Positions 41,031 to 51,184 of a stretch of DNA of 64,000 nucleotides are shown one piece after another; positions within the stretch are counted from its first letter, which is position 1; each line of letters opens with the position of its first letter. The notes under the pieces were generated by a model. The model was not told the DNA's origin. It saw nothing but the letters and a program-made list of their open reading frames with translations, and did no database searches. Source of the stretch: Terriglobia bacterium (lineage in GTDB: Bacteria > Acidobacteriota > Terriglobia > 20CM-2-55-15); contig CBDCLE010000003.1 in NCBI GenBank assembly GCA_965218585.1, positions 256,001 through 320,000 on the forward strand, read 5' to 3'. Position numbers and translations under genes: made by a program.

Positions 41031-42368
41031 ATGGCTCGCGAAACACTAGAACGTCCGCTCCCCCACAACGTTGATGCCGAGAAGTCGGTCCTCGGCGCCA
41101 TTCTCGTCAACAACGAGAACTACTACACCGTCGTTGAGAGCCTGAAGCAGGATGATTTCTACCTTGAGGCTCACCGTATTACATTCCGAAAAATGTCCGA
41201 GATTGTGAACGAATCGAAGGCCGTCGATCTGATTACGCTTCAGGATCGGCTGGATCGGGATTCACTGCTGGACTCAGCGGGGGGGATCGCCTATCTGGCC
41301 AGCTTGATGGACGGCATTCCGCATCTGGTCAATATCGAACATTACGTCCAGATCATCAGAGAGAAATCGCTGTTCCGTCAGATGATCCACTCGACGAATC
41401 GCACTATGGTCGAGTGCTTCGATCAGTCTGAATCGGCCGAGGAGGTCCTGGACAGGGCAGAGCAAGCGTTGTTCGAGTTGTCCGAGAAGAGAATCCAGAG
41501 CGGTCTGGTCTCGGTCAAGGATCTCGAGTCTGAAGCGCACCAGATGTTGGAAAGGCTCTACACCGAGCGGGAGATGATTACCGGTGTAGCGACCGGTTTC
41601 AATGACTTCGATCGGATGACGTCGGGACTCCAGCCGGCAGACCTGGTCATCATTGCGGCCCGCCCCTCAATGGGCAAGACTGCGCTCTCTTTGAATATCG
41701 CCCAGCACGTTGCCCTGCGGAAGGGCGAACCCGTTGGGATTTTCAGCCTGGAAATGTCCAAGACCCAACTGTTGATGAGGGTTCTCTGTGCCGAAGCAAT
41801 GGTCGACGCCCACCGGGTTCGGACCGGCTACCTGTCCAAGGACGATTTCGGCAAGTTGATCGATTCTCTGGGCCAGATCGCCAATTCGCCCATCTTCATT
41901 GACGATTCTTCATCGCTGACCATAATGCAGATGCGAGCCAAAGCGAGGCGACTGAAGGCCGAACACGGCCTCGGACTCGTCATCGTGGATTACCTCCAAC
42001 TGATGTCCGGGTTTGGCCGTTCCGAGAATCGCACGCAGGAGATTTCCGGGATTTCGCGTGGGTTGAAAGCGCTGGCGAAGGAACTGGACGTGCCGGTCGT
42101 CGCCTTGTCGCAGCTGAGCCGGGCACCGGAACAGAGAACCGGGTCCGATCACAGACCGCAGCTTTCGGACCTGAGGGAATCCGGTTCGATCGAACAGGAT
42201 GCCGACCTAGTCGCCTTTATCTACCGGGAAGAGCTTTACAAACCGAACGATGAGAATGCCGGCCTGGCTGAATTGATCATAGCCAAACAACGCAACGGGC
42301 CCACCGGCACGCTCAGACTTGCGTTTCAGAAGCAGTACACCCGATTCCAGACCCTCCTGGACATGTAG
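41031..42368 (+). CDS. dnaB: Replicative DNA helicase
   Basis: AARPSMGKT, FSLEMS, IVDYLQL, LSQLSR, DLRESGSIEQDAD and KQRNGPTG motifs; no intein. Confidence 0.98.
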   Translation: MARETLERPLPHNVDAEKSVLGAILVNNENYYTVVESLKQDDFYLEAHRITFRKMSEIVNESKAVDLITLQDRLDRDSLLDSAGGIAYLASLMDGIPHLVNIEHYVQIIREKSLFRQMIHSTNRTMVECFDQSESAEEVLDRAEQALFELSEKRIQSGLVSVKDLESEAHQMLERLYTEREMITGVATGFNDFDRMTSGLQPADLVIIAARPSMGKTALSLNIAQHVALRKGEPVGIFSLEMSKTQLLMRVLCAEAMVDAHRVRTGYLSKDDFGKLIDSLGQIANSPIFIDDSSSLTIMQMRAKARRLKAEHGLGLVIVDYLQLMSGFGRSENRTQEISGISRGLKALAKELDVPVVALSQLSRAPEQRTGSDHRPQLSDLRESGSIEQDADLVAFIYREELYKPNDENAGLAELIIAKQRNGPTGTLRLAFQKQYTRFQTLLDM

Positions 42369-42408
42369 TCTATGTTTTGCCCTTGGGTAAGGTTGCGGGC
42401 AGAAGTTT

Positions 42409-42483
42409 TTCAACACGAAGACACGACGGTCACGGAGAAATATATTCTTAAATCCTTCGTTTACTTCGTGTCTTCGTGTTGAA
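42409..42483. repeat. CACGAAG-iterated palindromic repeat between dnaB and radA
   Basis: Perfect 18-bp arms TTCAACACGAAGACACGA (42409-42426) and TCGTGTCTTCGTGTTGAA (42466-42483) around an AT-rich core. Confidence 0.82.
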
Positions 42484-42510
42484 GTTCTGCATGTTCCCTG
42501 AGCCTTATCG

Positions 42511-43881
42511 ATGAAACAGCGGACACAGTTCTTCTGCCAGCAGTGTGGGCACATGTCACCCAAGTGGATCGGCCGTTGTCCCACCTGCGAAGAGTGGAAC
42601 AGTTTCGTGGAAGAGAGCGTCGGCTCCTCCTCACCTTCCCGAGTCTCCCTGACCACAGAAGCCGCCCCAGTCCGCCTCGACTCCATTGAAGGGTCCGAGG
42701 TGGCTCGCACGCCAACGGGTATCCCCGAATTTGATCGGGTTCTTGGGGGCGGCCTGGTTCCTGGTGCCCTGGTGTTGCTGGGGGGTGATCCTGGAGTGGG
42801 CAAATCGACACTCATGCTTGACGTAGCGGCCCACCTTTCGACGCGATATCCGATTCTTTATGCTTCGGGCGAAGAATCACCCCGCCAGATCAAGCTTCGG
42901 GGAGAGAGAACCCGAGTCGAAGGAGGCGACCTGCTCATATACGCAGAGATGAACGTCGAACGTATTCTCTCCAAGGCGGAAGAAGTGGGCGCGGCAGTGG
43001 TCATCGTGGATTCGATACAGACCACGTTCAGCGAAAAACTTGATATGGCACCTGGAAGCATCGGCCAAGTGCGCGAGGTAGCCTCCCAGTTCCTCGTTTG
43101 GACCAAGCAGCATCAGGTGCCCGCCTTTTTAATCGGACACATCACCAAAGACGGTGCTCTGGCGGGGCCCAAAGCCCTCGAGCACATCGTGGACACCGTG
43201 TTGTATTTTGAAGGTCCCCGTCAGCATCCTCACCGCATCGTGCGCACGATAAAGAATCGGTTCGGCGCAGCGAACGAGTTGGGAATTTTCGAGATGACAG
43301 CTTCTGGCCTCGAAGCCGTCGCATCTCCCGGAGGCCTGTTTCTTTCGCAGCGGGATACACCGGATTCGGGATCGGCCGTTGTCTGCTCGGTCGAAGGGAC
43401 GCGGCCTCTGTTGGTTGAGTTGCAGGCGCTGGTTTCCAAAACTCACCTGGGGACACCGCGCCGATTTACAACAGGAGTCGATCCTCAAAGACTGGCGCTT
43501 ATAGCTGCAGTCATCGAGAAGCGACTGGGGATCCACCTCTGGGATCAGGACATCTACCTCAACGTTGTTGGAGGTCTCCAGATCGATGAGCCAGCCGCCG
43601 ATCTCGGAATCGCGGCCGCCATTCTCTCCAGCTTCCTGAATCGTGCGGTGCCTCCCTCGACGCTGATGTTCGGGGAGATCGGACTGGGCGGTGAGGTCCG
43701 GTCGTGCCTGCATCCCGGAATGCGGATCAAAGAAGCAGCTAGCCTGGGATTCCGTCGTGGGATTTTGCCTGCACAGACGGTTTCAGAAGTGCCTTCTGAT
43801 TTTGAGACCGTATCGGTCGCCAATCTGAACGAAGCCGTTGACGTACTGTTCGGACCGGTGGCGTCCGGACCCTCCGACTAG
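42511..43881 (+). CDS. radA: DNA repair protein RadA/Sms
   Basis: Zinc finger CQQC...CPTC, GDPGVGKST, KNRFG and a Lon-like C-terminal domain. Confidence 0.97.
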   Translation: MKQRTQFFCQQCGHMSPKWIGRCPTCEEWNSFVEESVGSSSPSRVSLTTEAAPVRLDSIEGSEVARTPTGIPEFDRVLGGGLVPGALVLLGGDPGVGKSTLMLDVAAHLSTRYPILYASGEESPRQIKLRGERTRVEGGDLLIYAEMNVERILSKAEEVGAAVVIVDSIQTTFSEKLDMAPGSIGQVREVASQFLVWTKQHQVPAFLIGHITKDGALAGPKALEHIVDTVLYFEGPRQHPHRIVRTIKNRFGAANELGIFEMTASGLEAVASPGGLFLSQRDTPDSGSAVVCSVEGTRPLLVELQALVSKTHLGTPRRFTTGVDPQRLALIAAVIEKRLGIHLWDQDIYLNVVGGLQIDEPAADLGIAAAILSSFLNRAVPPSTLMFGEIGLGGEVRSCLHPGMRIKEAASLGFRRGILPAQTVSEVPSDFETVSVANLNEAVDVLFGPVASGPSD

Positions 43882-44035
43882 ACCGAGCAATTCCCCTGGA
43901 CTGTGGGGGTTGTTGCCGCTTCAGCATCCCGAATGGGCTCCGATATGAGTGATACAGGTCATTCGGGTATGCCGTATAATCCAAACTGGTTATGTCTACC
44001 CTTTTTGATCATTTTCATAAAAGGTTGGGTGTCTG

Positions 44036-45175
44036 ATGAAACGAACAGAGGAACCGTCGCCTTTCTCCGTGGAATCATCCCTGCGGAGCAAAGAAGAGAA
44101 CTTTCTGATCGACATCGTCGTCGTCCGCGTGATTTTCGCTCTGACCCTAACGGTGGCCGCTTATTTCATAAGTCCGTTTGGGCTTGTGGGTGTAAACGCA
44201 GTTCTACTCGGCCTGGCTAGCGCACTCGGTATCATCTTTTTCGAACATCGCGTTAGACGCGCGTCACTTAAACGTTTGATTGGAGCGGCTGTAGGCTCGA
44301 TCCTCGGCATCGTTGGGGCAAGCATGATCGGCGGTCTGCTTACGGACACGGCATTCGATCCAAGTTCTCTGTCTTACATCAAAATCTTTGTTCTCTTCCT
44401 GATGGTCTATGTGGGTCTGGTCGTTGGGGCGAACAAGGGCGATCTGCTAAATCTTGCCGCGCTTGGTGGGATCTTCGGTAGTGATCGTCCTCCGAAGGAG
44501 GACTACAAGATCCTCGATACGAGCGTGATCATTGACGGAAGAATCGCCGACATCTGCGAGACTGGATTTCTGGACGGCATCCTGGTCATCCCCCATTTCG
44601 TTCTGAGGGAACTGCAGCAGGTGGCCGACTCAGCTGACGGCCTTAAGCGTAATCGTGGCCGGAGGGGACTGGACATCCTGCAGCGCGTTCAAAAGATGTC
44701 CGGTATTAAAGTCCAGCTTGTCGAAAACGATTATCCGCAGGTTCGTGAGGTCGACATGAAGCTGATCGAACTGGCCCAGGAGATCGACGCCAAGATCGTC
44801 ACAAACGATTTCAACCTCAACAAGGTGGCTCAACTCCGTGGCGTCGAAGTACTGAACATCAATGAACTGGCCAATGCCCTGAAGCCGGTCTACTTACCGG
44901 GTGAGATCATGAAGGTGTTTATCCTGAAGGAAGGCAAGGAGTTCAATCAGGGCATCGCCTACCTCGACGATGGAACGATGGTCGTCGTGGACAACGCCCG
45001 CAAGATGATCGGAAAGACAGTCGACTCTTCGGTGACGAGCGTTCTGCAAACTACAGCCGGCAAGATGATTTTTGGCCGTTACGAAGAAAAGCGCGATCCG
45101 CATTCTTCACGTGACGACAAGGGAGGTCGGGACCGATCCGATCGACCTGAAAAACAGGGCGTGCCCGCAAAATAA
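44036..45175 (+). CDS. Membrane PIN/TRAM-domain protein (YacL-like)
   Basis: Four TM helices, ILDTSVIIDGRI, RGRRGLD, TNDFNLNKVA, YLDDGTMVVV and SVLQT.AGKMIF. Confidence 0.93.
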   Translation: MKRTEEPSPFSVESSLRSKEENFLIDIVVVRVIFALTLTVAAYFISPFGLVGVNAVLLGLASALGIIFFEHRVRRASLKRLIGAAVGSILGIVGASMIGGLLTDTAFDPSSLSYIKIFVLFLMVYVGLVVGANKGDLLNLAALGGIFGSDRPPKEDYKILDTSVIIDGRIADICETGFLDGILVIPHFVLRELQQVADSADGLKRNRGRRGLDILQRVQKMSGIKVQLVENDYPQVREVDMKLIELAQEIDAKIVTNDFNLNKVAQLRGVEVLNINELANALKPVYLPGEIMKVFILKEGKEFNQGIAYLDDGTMVVVDNARKMIGKTVDSSVTSVLQTTAGKMIFGRYEEKRDPHSSRDDKGGRDRSDRPEKQGVPAK

Positions 45176-45181
45176 CAATAA

Positions 45182-45352
45182 GTTGGAATGGGGACGGTGG
45201 GCCCATGCTTAAGAATGCAAGCCACAATGCCGAACGGGCATGGGGTACCGGACCAGCGTCCGAGTTCCCGAAGAGTAGAGGTTAGAAACAATGAGGGTGC
45301 ACTCTGAGTGTTGGAGGAGAGGGGGACGGTGGGCCCCATGCTAATAAGATGA
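45182..45352 (+). repeat. Imperfect direct repeat in the ispD leader
   Basis: GGGGACGGTGGGCCCATGCTTAAGAATG (about 45190-45217) versus GGGGACGGTGGGCCCCATGCTAATAAGATG (about 45322-45351). Confidence 0.7.
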
Positions 45353-46044
45353 AAGTAGGAGCGATTATAGCGGCCGCTGGGGCAGGCCGCCGAATGAAAG
45401 CCGACAAGCCAAAGCAGTTCCTGGCTCTGGAAGACGTTCCGATTTTAGTTTTGACACTCCGCAAGTTCGACGCGTCTCCTCTGATCGACCACATTGTCAT
45501 CGCCTCACCTCGCGAGTCCGTGGATGATGTGCGGCAGATGGTCGCCGAAGCTGGGCTTACAAAGCCCGTCACAGCCATCGAAGGTGGCGAGCGACGGCAA
45601 GACTCGGTCGCGAGCGCAATGGAACATCTGGCTCCGGGTACCGATATGGTGGCTGTTCACGATGGAGTACGGCCGTTTGTGAGCCTGGAGGAAATCGAAC
45701 AAGTGATTGAAGAGGCGTCGAAAGGCGGAGCGGCTATTCTCGCGATTCCAATTACAGATACGGTAAAGGAAGTTGAAGGCGACTCAGTGAAGTCCACCCT
45801 ACGTAGAGAAAATCTTGTCCTGGTACAGACGCCGCAGGTGTTTCAGGCCAAGGTCCTCCAGGAAGCTTTTGACAGCGCCCGCCGCGACGGCTACTACGGT
45901 ACGGATGAGGCGAGCCTGGTGGAACGTTCCGGTCACTCCGTGTTTCTGGTTCGAGGTTCGGAGCGAAACATCAAGATCACGCGACCCAGCGATCTATCAC
46001 TAGCCAGATTCCTTCTCGAAGAAGAGAGGGCGTTGGCTCGGTGA
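45349..46044 (+). CDS. ispD: 2-C-methyl-D-erythritol 4-phosphate cytidylyltransferase
   Basis: AAGAGRRM...KQF, RQDSV, VHDGVRP, QTPQVF and NIKITRPSDL motifs. Confidence 0.97.
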   Translation: MKVGAIIAAAGAGRRMKADKPKQFLALEDVPILVLTLRKFDASPLIDHIVIASPRESVDDVRQMVAEAGLTKPVTAIEGGERRQDSVASAMEHLAPGTDMVAVHDGVRPFVSLEEIEQVIEEASKGGAAILAIPITDTVKEVEGDSVKSTLRRENLVLVQTPQVFQAKVLQEAFDSARRDGYYGTDEASLVERSGHSVFLVRGSERNIKITRPSDLSLARFLLEEERALAR

Positions 46045-46520
46045 AGGTTCGGATAGGTATTGGTTTCGACATTCATCGTCTCGCGCCCGGTAGAAAGCTC
46101 ACGCTTGGGGGAATCGAAATCCCACACGACAAGGGCCTGGTAGGCCATTCTGACGGCGACGTATTGCTTCATGCAATTACCGATGCGCTGTTGGGGGCAT
46201 GTGGGCTGGGCAACATCGGTGAGAAGTTTTCGGAGACCGACGACCGCTACCTCGGGATAGCCAGCTATGTTCTTCTTGAAGATACGGTTCAGTTGATCCG
46301 TGACAAGGGCTATTCGATTGGCAACATCGATTCCAACGTTTTGGCCGAACGTCCCCACCTGCAGGGTTTCCTTCCGTCCATGGAAGCCCGTATCTCAAGT
46401 GTGTTGGGTGTATCCACAGACGACGTTCAGGTAAAGGCCAAGACGATGGAGAGGCTGGGTCCGATAGGAGAGGGAGAAGCCATTGCGGCCCAGGCGATTG
46501 CCCTGGTCACAGTCGAGTGA
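46041..46520 (+). CDS. ispF: 2-C-methyl-D-erythritol 2,4-cyclodiphosphate synthase
   Basis: RIGIGFDIH, GHSDGDVLLHAITDA and KAKTME motifs. Confidence 0.97.
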   Translation: MKVRIGIGFDIHRLAPGRKLTLGGIEIPHDKGLVGHSDGDVLLHAITDALLGACGLGNIGEKFSETDDRYLGIASYVLLEDTVQLIRDKGYSIGNIDSNVLAERPHLQGFLPSMEARISSVLGVSTDDVQVKAKTMERLGPIGEGEAIAAQAIALVTVE

Positions 46521-46521
46521 C

Positions 46522-48003
46522 ATGAAGGACGCCGGTGACACCCTAAGGGTCAGATACGCACCCAGCCCGACTGGGTTGTTGCATGTCGGGAACCTCCGGA
46601 CCGGATTGTTCGCCTGGCTCTTTACTCGTCAGCGAGGCGGTGCGTTCGTATTGAGAATCGAAGACACCGACCAGGCCCGATCTGAAAAGCGCTACGAGCA
46701 GTTGATCTACGACGATCTCGGATGGTTCGGGATGGATTGGGATGAAGGCCCGGATGTCGGGGGCGAACATGGGCCGTACCGTCAGTCGGAACGATCAGAA
46801 ATATACACCGAACATGCATCTGGGCTCGTTACCTCAGGGGGTGCGTTTCGATGCTTCTGTTCCGAGGCAGAGCTCGCCGTGCAATCGGAGGCAGCCAGGG
46901 CCAAGGGCTCTTCCTGGACGTATCCGGGAAAATGCCGGCGGCTGACCCCCGAGGTCGTGAATTCAAAGGTCAAAGCCGGTGAGGATTTTGTCGTGCGGCT
47001 CAGTGTCCGTGAGGGGATGGTTCGTTTCGAGGACATAGTGCATGGCGAGATGCAATTCTCGACCGAAGTCATCAGCGACCCCATCCTGCTGCGATCTGAT
47101 GGAACGCCTACTTACAACTATGCTGTGGTCGTCGATGATGCACTCATGCAAATTTCACACGTCATTCGGGGAGATGACCACCTTTCGAACACACCCAAGC
47201 AGATCCTGATCTATGAAGCCCTGGGACACGCCGTGCCGCAGTTCGCGCACCTGTCCACGATACTGGGGCCGGACCAGACCCGTTTGAGCAAGCGTCACGG
47301 AGCGACCTCAGTGTCCGAGTTTCGGGAGGCCGGCTACCTGCCCGAGGCCCTGATGAACTACGTCGCGCTGTTGGGCTGGTCTCCGGGTGCGGAAGGAAGT
47401 GAAGTCGTTCCACCTGAGACTCTCGTTCGGGAATTCCGTCTCGAGAAGGTGAACAAGCACCCCGCCATCTTTGATTTCGGCAAGCTGAACTTCATAAACC
47501 GCCAGTATTTGCGTGAGAGCCCGAAGACAGCCTCACTTGTCCGGGCTGCCCTGGATGGAGCTGGATGGATGCCTGCGGACGGAGCGGACGAATGGGTTCA
47601 GATGGTCAGTGAGACTCTGCTTGGCGGAATCGACGTTGTTTCCGAGATGCCGTCTGCCCTTGAAGGTGTACTTGCCTTTCCCGTTGACGGTTCTGAAGTC
47701 GTTCGAGAGGCCCTGGAAGAGGAAGGCGTGCGGGATCTAGTCCGCGCTTTTGGCGAGGAACTTCAGGGCTACGATCATCTGACCTTCGATGATTTTCGTT
47801 CGATCGTCACTTCGCTTAAGAAGGCCACGGGAAGAAAAGGCCGTGCTCTGTTCCATCCCCTTCGTGTTGCCCTGACAGCGCGCGATTCAGGGCCGGAGTT
47901 GGACAAGCTGATTCCATTGGTGGAGACAGGGGCTAGATTGGGAGTCCGGGACATCATCGATTGCCGGGCTCGAGTCGAAGCTTTCCTTTCAAGAAACGCT
48001 TAA
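46522..48003 (+). CDS. gltX: Glutamyl-tRNA synthetase, copy 2
   Basis: RYAPSPTG, HVGN, LRIEDTD and LSKR motifs; anticodon-binding domain (GRALFHPLRVALT...GPEL); start ATG 46522. Confidence 0.93.
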   Translation: MKDAGDTLRVRYAPSPTGLLHVGNLRTGLFAWLFTRQRGGAFVLRIEDTDQARSEKRYEQLIYDDLGWFGMDWDEGPDVGGEHGPYRQSERSEIYTEHASGLVTSGGAFRCFCSEAELAVQSEAARAKGSSWTYPGKCRRLTPEVVNSKVKAGEDFVVRLSVREGMVRFEDIVHGEMQFSTEVISDPILLRSDGTPTYNYAVVVDDALMQISHVIRGDDHLSNTPKQILIYEALGHAVPQFAHLSTILGPDQTRLSKRHGATSVSEFREAGYLPEALMNYVALLGWSPGAEGSEVVPPETLVREFRLEKVNKHPAIFDFGKLNFINRQYLRESPKTASLVRAALDGAGWMPADGADEWVQMVSETLLGGIDVVSEMPSALEGVLAFPVDGSEVVREALEEEGVRDLVRAFGEELQGYDHLTFDDFRSIVTSLKKATGRKGRALFHPLRVALTARDSGPELDKLIPLVETGARLGVRDIIDCRARVEAFLSRNA

Positions 48004-48057
48004 CGCCTCACGCGGAAATTACCGAACCGTCAAGCACCAGAGACCGAGAGTTCAATC

Positions 48058-48828
48058 ATGGAACAGGATACGGACGGCGAAATCATTGTTGGTGTCCATC
48101 CCGTGTACGAGGCCCTGTCCTCCGCCCAGCGTCCCATACAGAGATTGCATATAGGCAGGGGCTCCACGCCGGAAAAGGTGCGCCAGATCGTAGAGATCGC
48201 CAATGCGCGGGACATACCGATACGCCGCGAGAGTCGAGAGGCGTTGGACCGTGTGGCGCGGAACAACCCCCATCAAGGCGTCGTAGCCGTTGTGGGTGCG
48301 CGCTCCTGGGTTCCCCTGGAGCAGGTTCTCGAGTTCGAGAACCCTCTGATTGTCGTCCTCGACGGTGTCCAGGATCCTCAGAATCTTGGAGCCGTAATCC
48401 GGACCGCGGAAACGGCAAACGCTTCTGGTCTCGTTGTGACCGAGAGACGGAGTGCGGGTTTGACCGCTGCGGTTTCCCGGGCTTCCGCGGGTGCGCTGGA
48501 ACACCTGCCCATCGCAAAGGCATCTAATCTGGTTACGGCCATTAAAGTAATGAAAGACAAGGGGATATGGGTAGTAGGGGTTGCCCCTGATGCGCCCGTC
48601 TTGTGGACCGAGTTCGACTATACGGTGCCCGTAGCACTGGTTCTGGGGGGCGAGCACCGTGGAATTCGCCGCCTCGTACGAGAGAACTGCGACGCCGAGG
48701 TCCGGATTCCGATGCAAGGGAAAATCGACTCTCTCAACGTTTCTGTGGCTGCCGGAGTGGTTCTGTATGAAGTCGTTCGCCAGAGGTTGCTAAAGCATGG
48801 GACACAAAAGAGTTCCCACCCCAAGTGA
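48058..48828 (+). CDS. rlmB: 23S rRNA (G2251-2'-O)-methyltransferase
   Basis: HQGVVA, DPQNLGAVIRTA, GGEHRG and IPM.GKIDSLNVSVA (SPOUT) motifs. Confidence 0.94.
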   Translation: MEQDTDGEIIVGVHPVYEALSSAQRPIQRLHIGRGSTPEKVRQIVEIANARDIPIRRESREALDRVARNNPHQGVVAVVGARSWVPLEQVLEFENPLIVVLDGVQDPQNLGAVIRTAETANASGLVVTERRSAGLTAAVSRASAGALEHLPIAKASNLVTAIKVMKDKGIWVVGVAPDAPVLWTEFDYTVPVALVLGGEHRGIRRLVRENCDAEVRIPMQGKIDSLNVSVAAGVVLYEVVRQRLLKHGTQKSSHPK

Positions 48829-48832
48829 ATGA

Positions 48833-48861
48833 TTGAATCGCGATTTTTCCTGTGATAAATT
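48833..48861 (+). promoter_or_regulatory. Putative promoter of the tRNA-tuf operon
   Basis: TTGAAT-N17-TAAATT with an extended -10 TG, 15 nt before tRNA-Thr. Confidence 0.55.
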
Positions 48862-48876
48862 TAGAAGTTTGTCGCC

Positions 48877-48949
48877 GCTGGCGTAGCTCAGTTGGTAGAG
48901 CAGCTGATTTGTAATCAGCAGGTCGGGGGTTCGACTCCCTTCGCCAGCT
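48877..48949 (+). tRNA. tRNA-Thr(TGT)
   Basis: Acceptor GCTGGCG/CGCCAGC; anticodon arm CTGAT-TTGTAA-TCAG; CCA not encoded. Confidence 0.96.
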
Positions 48950-49008
48950 CATTTCAGCAGGTTCGGCCCGAGACCGAGAGCGTCGTTCAGGGTGATCCGT
49001 TGCGGTAG

Positions 49009-49094
49009 GGACAGGTGGCGGAGTGGTTAAACGCACCAGACTGTAAATCTGGCGCTCCTTGCGGGCTACGGAGGTTCGAATCCTCCCCTGTCCA
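49009..49094 (+). tRNA. tRNA-Tyr(GTA)
   Basis: Acceptor GGACAGG/CCTGTCC; CCAGA-CTGTAAA-TCTGG anticodon arm; long variable arm; CCA not encoded. Confidence 0.96.
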
Positions 49095-49247
49095 TTGCGG
49101 GACTATTGCAGCTCCGACGAGCGTCGCTGTATTGGTTGCAGGGACCATCGCAGCTCCGCAAGCGTCGCTGTTTTGATTGCGGCAACCTTTGCAGCTCCAA
49201 CAAGTGTCGCTGTGTTGGCGCATTTCCGGCGAGCGTTGCTGAATTGG
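49095..49247 (+). repeat. Tandem array of 41-42-bp units (three copies plus a partial)
   Basis: Units at 49095-49135, 49136-49176 and 49177-49218 share TTGC...GCAGCTCC...AG(C/T)GTCGCTGT..TG; a partial fourth unit runs to about 49247. Confidence 0.85.
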
Positions 49248-49280
49248 TCGGGCGCAGTGAGGGTGTGATTGGACCTATAG

Positions 49281-49356
<76 letters not shown>

Positions 49357-49415
49357 TAACGGAGTGACGACGGCAGAGCCGCAGCGATGCGGTTGGAACT
49401 TGACCAACACGACGA

Positions 49416-49478
49416 CACTTGTGGAGTGGTAATGGTCACTTGTGGAGTGGCAATGGTCACTTGCGGAGCTGCGATGGT
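49416..49478 (+). repeat. Three tandem 21-bp repeats, inverted relative to the 41-bp array
   Basis: CACTTGTGGAGTGGTAATGGT, CACTTGTGGAGTGGCAATGGT, CACTTGCGGAGCTGCGATGGT. CTTGCGGAGCTGCGATGGTC is the exact reverse complement of GACCATCGCAGCTCCGCAAG in unit 2. Confidence 0.88.
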
Positions 49479-49480
49479 CG

Positions 49481-49552
49481 GCGGGAGTAACTCAGCGGTA
49501 GAGTCACGGCCTTCCAAGCCGTTGGTCGCGGGTTCGAATCCCGTCTCCCGCT
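49481..49552 (+). tRNA. tRNA-Gly(TCC)
   Basis: Acceptor GCGGGAG/CTCCCGC; ACGGC-CTTCCAA-GCCGT anticodon arm; CCA not encoded. Confidence 0.96.
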
Positions 49553-49621
49553 CCTTAGAGAACTGTTAGCTGTTGGCTAACGTCACAAGAAGAGAAAGCG
49601 AACAGAGAGAGGGCAGGCGCA

Positions 49622-50809
<1,188 letters not shown>

Positions 50810-50845
50810 AAAAAGGATTAGGATCGGTCTCCGAACGGCAAAAAG

Positions 50846-50995
50846 ATGAGAGATATCATTACTTTACAGTGTACGGACTGCAAGGAACGGAACTACTCGA
50901 ACACAAAAAACAAGAAGAAACACACGGATCGTCTGGAAACCAAGAAGTATTGTCCACGGTGCCGGCATCACACCGTTCACCGCGAGACGAAGTAG
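50846..50995 (+). CDS. rpmG: 50S ribosomal protein L33 (zinc-binding type), missed by the ORF track
   Basis: Hand translation gives [49 protein letters not shown] (49 aa). Confidence 0.96.
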   Translation: MRDIITLQCTDCKERNYSNTKNKKKHTDRLETKKYCPRCRHHTVHRETK

Positions 50996-51037
50996 GCGTA
51001 ATCTGTTACAATCACTTGATTTGGCTTTTCCAGATGC

Positions 51038-51111
51038 AGGCCAGTAGCTCTAACTGGCAGAGCGCCGGTCTCCAAAACCGGATGCTGGGGGTTCGAATCC
51101 CTCCTGGCCTG
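51038..51111 (+). tRNA. tRNA-Trp(CCA)
   Basis: Acceptor AGGCCAG/CTGGCCT; CCGGT-CTCCAAA-ACCGG anticodon arm; usual position before secE. Confidence 0.96.
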
Positions 51112-51184
51112 CCTATAGACAGCGAAGGCCGCAGAGTAACATTTGTAGCGGGACCCCAGAGGCTACGACGATTTCACTAATTTT

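Noticed and set aside
45188-45352. TGA read-through or selenocysteine ORF upstream of ispD
   Set aside because: The peptide resembles nothing recognisable and no SECIS-like hairpin can be supported after TGA 45305.
49097-49112. Repeat unit 1 (GCGGGACTATTGCAGC) as a decayed tRNA-Gly 5' end
   Set aside because: 12/16 match only, and the similarity does not continue into the anticodon or T arms; too weak to claim.
49095-49247. 41-42-bp tandem units as a CRISPR array
   Set aside because: Units are contiguous degenerate repeats with no unique spacers, and there are no cas genes in the window.
49387-49569. ORF with repeated TCGVAMV peptide
   Set aside because: It is a translation of the 21-bp DNA repeats and overlaps tRNA-Gly; no supporting coding signals.
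50869-51180. 103-aa ORF after tuf
   Set aside because: Wrong frame; the region is occupied by rpmG (50846-50995) and tRNA-Trp.
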